From the NCBI GenBank assembly GCA_963792585.1, contig CAWBWI010000006.1:32001-96000 (forward strand): DNA of 64,000 nt, written 5' to 3'. Positions 60,628-64,000 of this stretch are shown piece by piece (within the stretch, counting starts at the first letter, position 1; every line of letters begins with the position of its first letter). This DNA is from Candidatus Eiseniibacteriota bacterium (GTDB lineage: Bacteria; Eisenbacteria; RBG-16-71-46; CAIMUX01; VGJL01). The position numbers and the translations under genes are program-made. The notes under the pieces are model-generated. The model searched no databases. It was not told the origin of the DNA and saw only the letters and a list, made by a program, of their open reading frames with translations.

Positions 60628-61572
60628 TCAACTGTCAAGGCGACCCGGCGCGCTGAACAGCCGCTGACGCACCAATGTCCAGAACCCGGGACGATGCTTG
60701 TTCATGAGACGCACCGCGGCAGCCGTCCTAGGGGTCCAAGGACAGCGCGTGTGGCGGATCCGGCCGAGTCGGAGCAATCCGTCCATCACTCCCCTCAACC
60801 ACCAGGTCATGTGACCGTCACGGAGTGCGTAGATGCTCATGGATCCCAATCCTATTGCCAGGTAACGCGCCGCATATAGGGCCGGCATATTGCGAGTCGC
60901 GAGCCAGATTTGGTTGCGGGTATTATAGTAGTAGAAGCGCCATGGCTCTCTAGATTGCGACGCGCGCTTATGCCGGACTGCGATGCTGCCGTCGTACGCG
61001 ACACGATATCCAGCGTTCATGAGCCTGAAGGCGAGATCGGGCCCCTCGTGGCTGATGAAATACTCCTCATAGTAACCGCCTGTAACACGCAGTGCAGACA
61101 ATCGGAATGCGACAGCACCCTCAGTGATTTCGTAGGTGTCAAAGCAGGAGGTGGCGTCGGCGATTGCACGATGATGGACCCAATTACATGTCCTGTTGGT
61201 AAAGTGATCAACTACATGGAAATTCAGTGCGCCAAGAGATGGGTCGTTTCGAAATGAATCACACACGTGCTCAATCGCTGTAGTATCTATTCCCAGAATG
61301 TTGTCGTCTATTGTGATGACAAATTCGCCCCGCGCCAACGCTATGCCTTCGTTGCGGGCACCAACCCCCCTGTTCTCTTCTGTTCGGTGGTAGAGTATGA
61401 ATGGGTAGTCACCCCTGATCATGTCGTCAGTGCCGTCGCTACTGCAATTGTCGATGACAATGACCTCCAGTACGTGACCGATCACGTTGGTCAATTCGTC
61501 GAGGAGGGTCCGCAGGATCTCCCGCCGATTGAAGGTCACGACTACAATAGACGTGGGAGTCGGGGTGGTCAT
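60628..61572 (-). CDS. Glycosyltransferase family 2
   Basis: SIVVVTFNR, VIDNCSSDGT, ARNEG, IDD, FYYYNTRNQIW. Confidence 0.9.
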   Translation of the reverse strand: MTTPTPTSIVVVTFNRREILRTLLDELTNVIGHVLEVIVIDNCSSDGTDDMIRGDYPFILYHRTEENRGVGARNEGIALARGEFVITIDDNILGIDTTAIEHVCDSFRNDPSLGALNFHVVDHFTNRTCNWVHHRAIADATSCFDTYEITEGAVAFRLSALRVTGGYYEEYFISHEGPDLAFRLMNAGYRVAYDGSIAVRHKRASQSREPWRFYYYNTRNQIWLATRNMPALYAARYLAIGLGSMSIYALRDGHMTWWLRGVMDGLLRLGRIRHTRCPWTPRTAAAVRLMNKHRPGFWTLVRQRLFSAPGRLDS

Positions 61573-62216
61573 TGCCGAATCTTACCGCCGAGCCCCAAAG
61601 TCCGGGCGGTGATGATTCGCTTGACCCCATGCATCGGGCAAGAACGCCTATCTTCTTGTTCCTGATTGGGCGTCCTGGACTGGCAGTTGTCCTGGCGTCG
61701 CCATCCACGACCTTGCTGATCGTTGATCGGGGCCTCCGCCGAGCACTCGGGGCGAGCCCTTCGGATCCGGAAAGACAGCTCAACTCTCTCGTGAACTTGG
61801 CAGCCTTTGAGTTTCATGCCCACGTCGTCCACCTTACATGGAATAGCCAGCCAAGAAGAGGCGCATACCGAGTCCGGTCAGCCGTCTCCCGTCCCCTTCA
61901 TAAGTTCTCGCGAAAGTTGCATGATCAGCATCCTCGGATGTTTGTCTTTCCTACCACCTAAAGTCGGATAAGTAGACGATGTCAGACGAGGGAGACCCTG
62001 ACAAGCGTAGTCAGCTCGCCTCGAACGCGTCCGGCCGAACACAAAGTTCCTACGGTGGTCGCAGCCATCGTTGATGACACTCCCACACCTTCCAGATGAA
62101 GTCAGGTCCGCCGCCTACAAGCATCCATACGCCTATCATCAACTCCCCGGGTCGTTCCAGACTTGTCTACCTTTGACTGTCCAGCGATAATTGAAAGACC
62201 AGCACGCCTTCGCAAG

Positions 62217-63713
62217 TCATGGCGTTTGGGTCCCGACATTAACCAGCGATTTCGAGTGCCGATCCACGAAGAGTCGCCAGATCGTCGTACCCAACGCAGC
62301 ATACACATACCAAGTATACCTCATGAAACTGTGACCAAATATGCCAGTAATGAGCAGTGCGAAGATCCCCGCGGACAACCCTTGCAGAACCGTAGTCTCA
62401 AACTGCCAATCCGCGCCTGCACTTCTCAGCTCCCGGACAGCTTTGCGATTCACGCGCAGTGCTTCGAATAGGAACCCGAAGAACGCTAACCCGCCAATTA
62501 GACCCACCTCCGCGGGCACCTGCACATAGAGACTGTGGGCCTCAAGATAGCTCTCCTGACCCTCCGAAGAGTAGCCCAAGGCATTGGCGGTGCCGAAGCA
62601 ATCAATCCCCACTCCCGTAAGAGGGCGATCGAGTATCATCCGCACGCCTTTTTCCCATGCTGTGATCCGCCCCCGAGATGAGCCATCAAGTTGAGATTGT
62701 CCTATCGTAGCGTAACGGGTCTTGTACTGCTGCGGTAGGAAGACAAAACCACCCCCGAGAATGGCTACGCCGAGAAGTCCGACAAGGAGGCGGTGGCGAA
62801 CGCGCCACCACACGAATAGCAGTCCGCCGAAGAAACCTAGCAGGCCGGATCGAGATCCCGTTAGCGACATGGTGACAGTGAGGAGAAGAGCGCCGGCGAA
62901 TGAGAGATGCCGGAGCCAGCGCAGTGGTTTATAAAACGCAAGGAGCAAGAGAAGTGGAATCGTCGCGGCCATTGTTGCCGCCAAGTGATTTGGGTCCCCT
63001 CCGGCTTCAGTCTGGCCCAAGGCGCGTTCAATTCCCATTCGAACAATATAGGATCCAGTGAAGTAGGCTCTGACCGAGTCGAGGGCGATGTAACCGATCA
63101 AGACAAGGAATGCCGTCAGATAGATCCGGAGTCGGAAGCGCGTATCGAGAAGATGAATCGTAAGAAGGTACCAAGCAATTAGCTTCAAGAAGTCAATGAG
63201 CCCATTCATCGCGTGGGATCGCCAGTAGGCGAAGGGGACTGAGATAAGAACTGCAATGAGAACCAAGATCAGGAGCCGGGTCTGTCGCGTTCCATCCAAG
63301 ACAAAAGTGCGTGTTGCGCGATAGTGCTCCAGATACATTCCTGCCAAGGCCAATACCCCCACGACGCGCTCTACATGTAGCACGCTCAGCATGGGATATC
63401 TCTCGCCTGGGCGAAGCATGTATAGGACTGTGTAAAGAAGAAATCCCACAAAGGGTCTGGTCAGGGTGATGTACATGGCTAACGCGCAGACGGCAGCGCC
63501 GATAACGAGGAGCGGAGGAAGACGGACTATGATGACTCCTGCCACGATGCTGGCGAAGAGGGAAGCCAGGGCGTAGCCTACGCGACGTCGGGTTACTGGT
63601 TTGCCGGATCCACGACGCTTCTGTGGCCCGTTCGGGGGGGAGAGACGCCGGGTGGAATTCGGCGAATCAGGCATTTGCAGCCGAGCGAGAGGATGGCCGG
63701 AACTGCTCAACAT
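62217..63713 (-). CDS. O-antigen ligase / Wzy-like polymerase family protein (start uncertain)
   Basis: Multi-TM; DPNHLA, TGSRSG, R..AW..G, PLTGVG, EAHSLY...AEVGLIG. Confidence 0.9.
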   Translation of the reverse strand: MLSSSGHPLARLQMPDSPNSTRRLSPPNGPQKRRGSGKPVTRRRVGYALASLFASIVAGVIIVRLPPLLVIGAAVCALAMYITLTRPFVGFLLYTVLYMLRPGERYPMLSVLHVERVVGVLALAGMYLEHYRATRTFVLDGTRQTRLLILVLIAVLISVPFAYWRSHAMNGLIDFLKLIAWYLLTIHLLDTRFRLRIYLTAFLVLIGYIALDSVRAYFTGSYIVRMGIERALGQTEAGGDPNHLAATMAATIPLLLLLAFYKPLRWLRHLSFAGALLLTVTMSLTGSRSGLLGFFGGLLFVWWRVRHRLLVGLLGVAILGGGFVFLPQQYKTRYATIGQSQLDGSSRGRITAWEKGVRMILDRPLTGVGIDCFGTANALGYSSEGQESYLEAHSLYVQVPAEVGLIGGLAFFGFLFEALRVNRKAVRELRSAGADWQFETTVLQGLSAGIFALLITGIFGHSFMRYTWYVYAALGTTIWRLFVDRHSKSLVNVGTQTP

Positions 63714-64000
63714 CTCCAGGCAAGTCGTTCAGGGTGCCGTGACCGGAACTAGGCAATCGTCTATGCTCACTCAGTGGAGTTGTTCGAGCTCCATGCGCGC
63801 AGGTTCTAATCACAGGACCCTGCCTCCTTCTGCAGACACAGTATTATGGCGCGGCTCGTGATGGAAAGAAAATCCAGGCGTCTTCGCCCTAGCGTTTGAC
63901 CCTTCCATGTTTGCCTGCCTCGCGTGAGCTAGCTGATTGGGCCAGGGCAACGAGGTGGCTGGATCTGGGAATCTGGAAAGGATTTCAGGGGAACTGGCCG

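Overview
High-GC bacterial window. The many secreted proteins ending in FlgD-Ig/T9SS-like C-terminal domains suggest an FCB-associated lineage such as Eisenbacteria or Latescibacterota (inference). Left half (1-32 kb): a stand-alone EF-G running off the left edge, an FG-GAP + serine D,D-peptidase fusion, an ECF sigma/Ser-Thr kinase-STAND-TPR pair, Uup, a CBS/MgtE-N + NRAMP-type Mg transporter pair, and a run of large secreted or lipoprotein genes. Right half (30.7-64 kb): a minus-strand exosortase/PEP-CTERM exopolysaccharide locus containing TIGR03790-like, a PEP-CTERM substrate, GT2/GT4s, split Wzc, Wza, priming transferase, PrsR/PrsK/TPR, deacetylase, EpsI, exosortase and O-antigen ligase. 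It also holds a ~1800-aa protein with nine tandem 342-bp FN3-like repeats behind a sigma-54 promoter. A nested mobile scar lies inside the locus: an intact IS21 inserted in a decayed tyrosine recombinase that is joined to a 5'-truncated group II intron. Several genes carry frameshifts that look like consensus errors. All product calls come from motif recognition by eye; no database searches were run.
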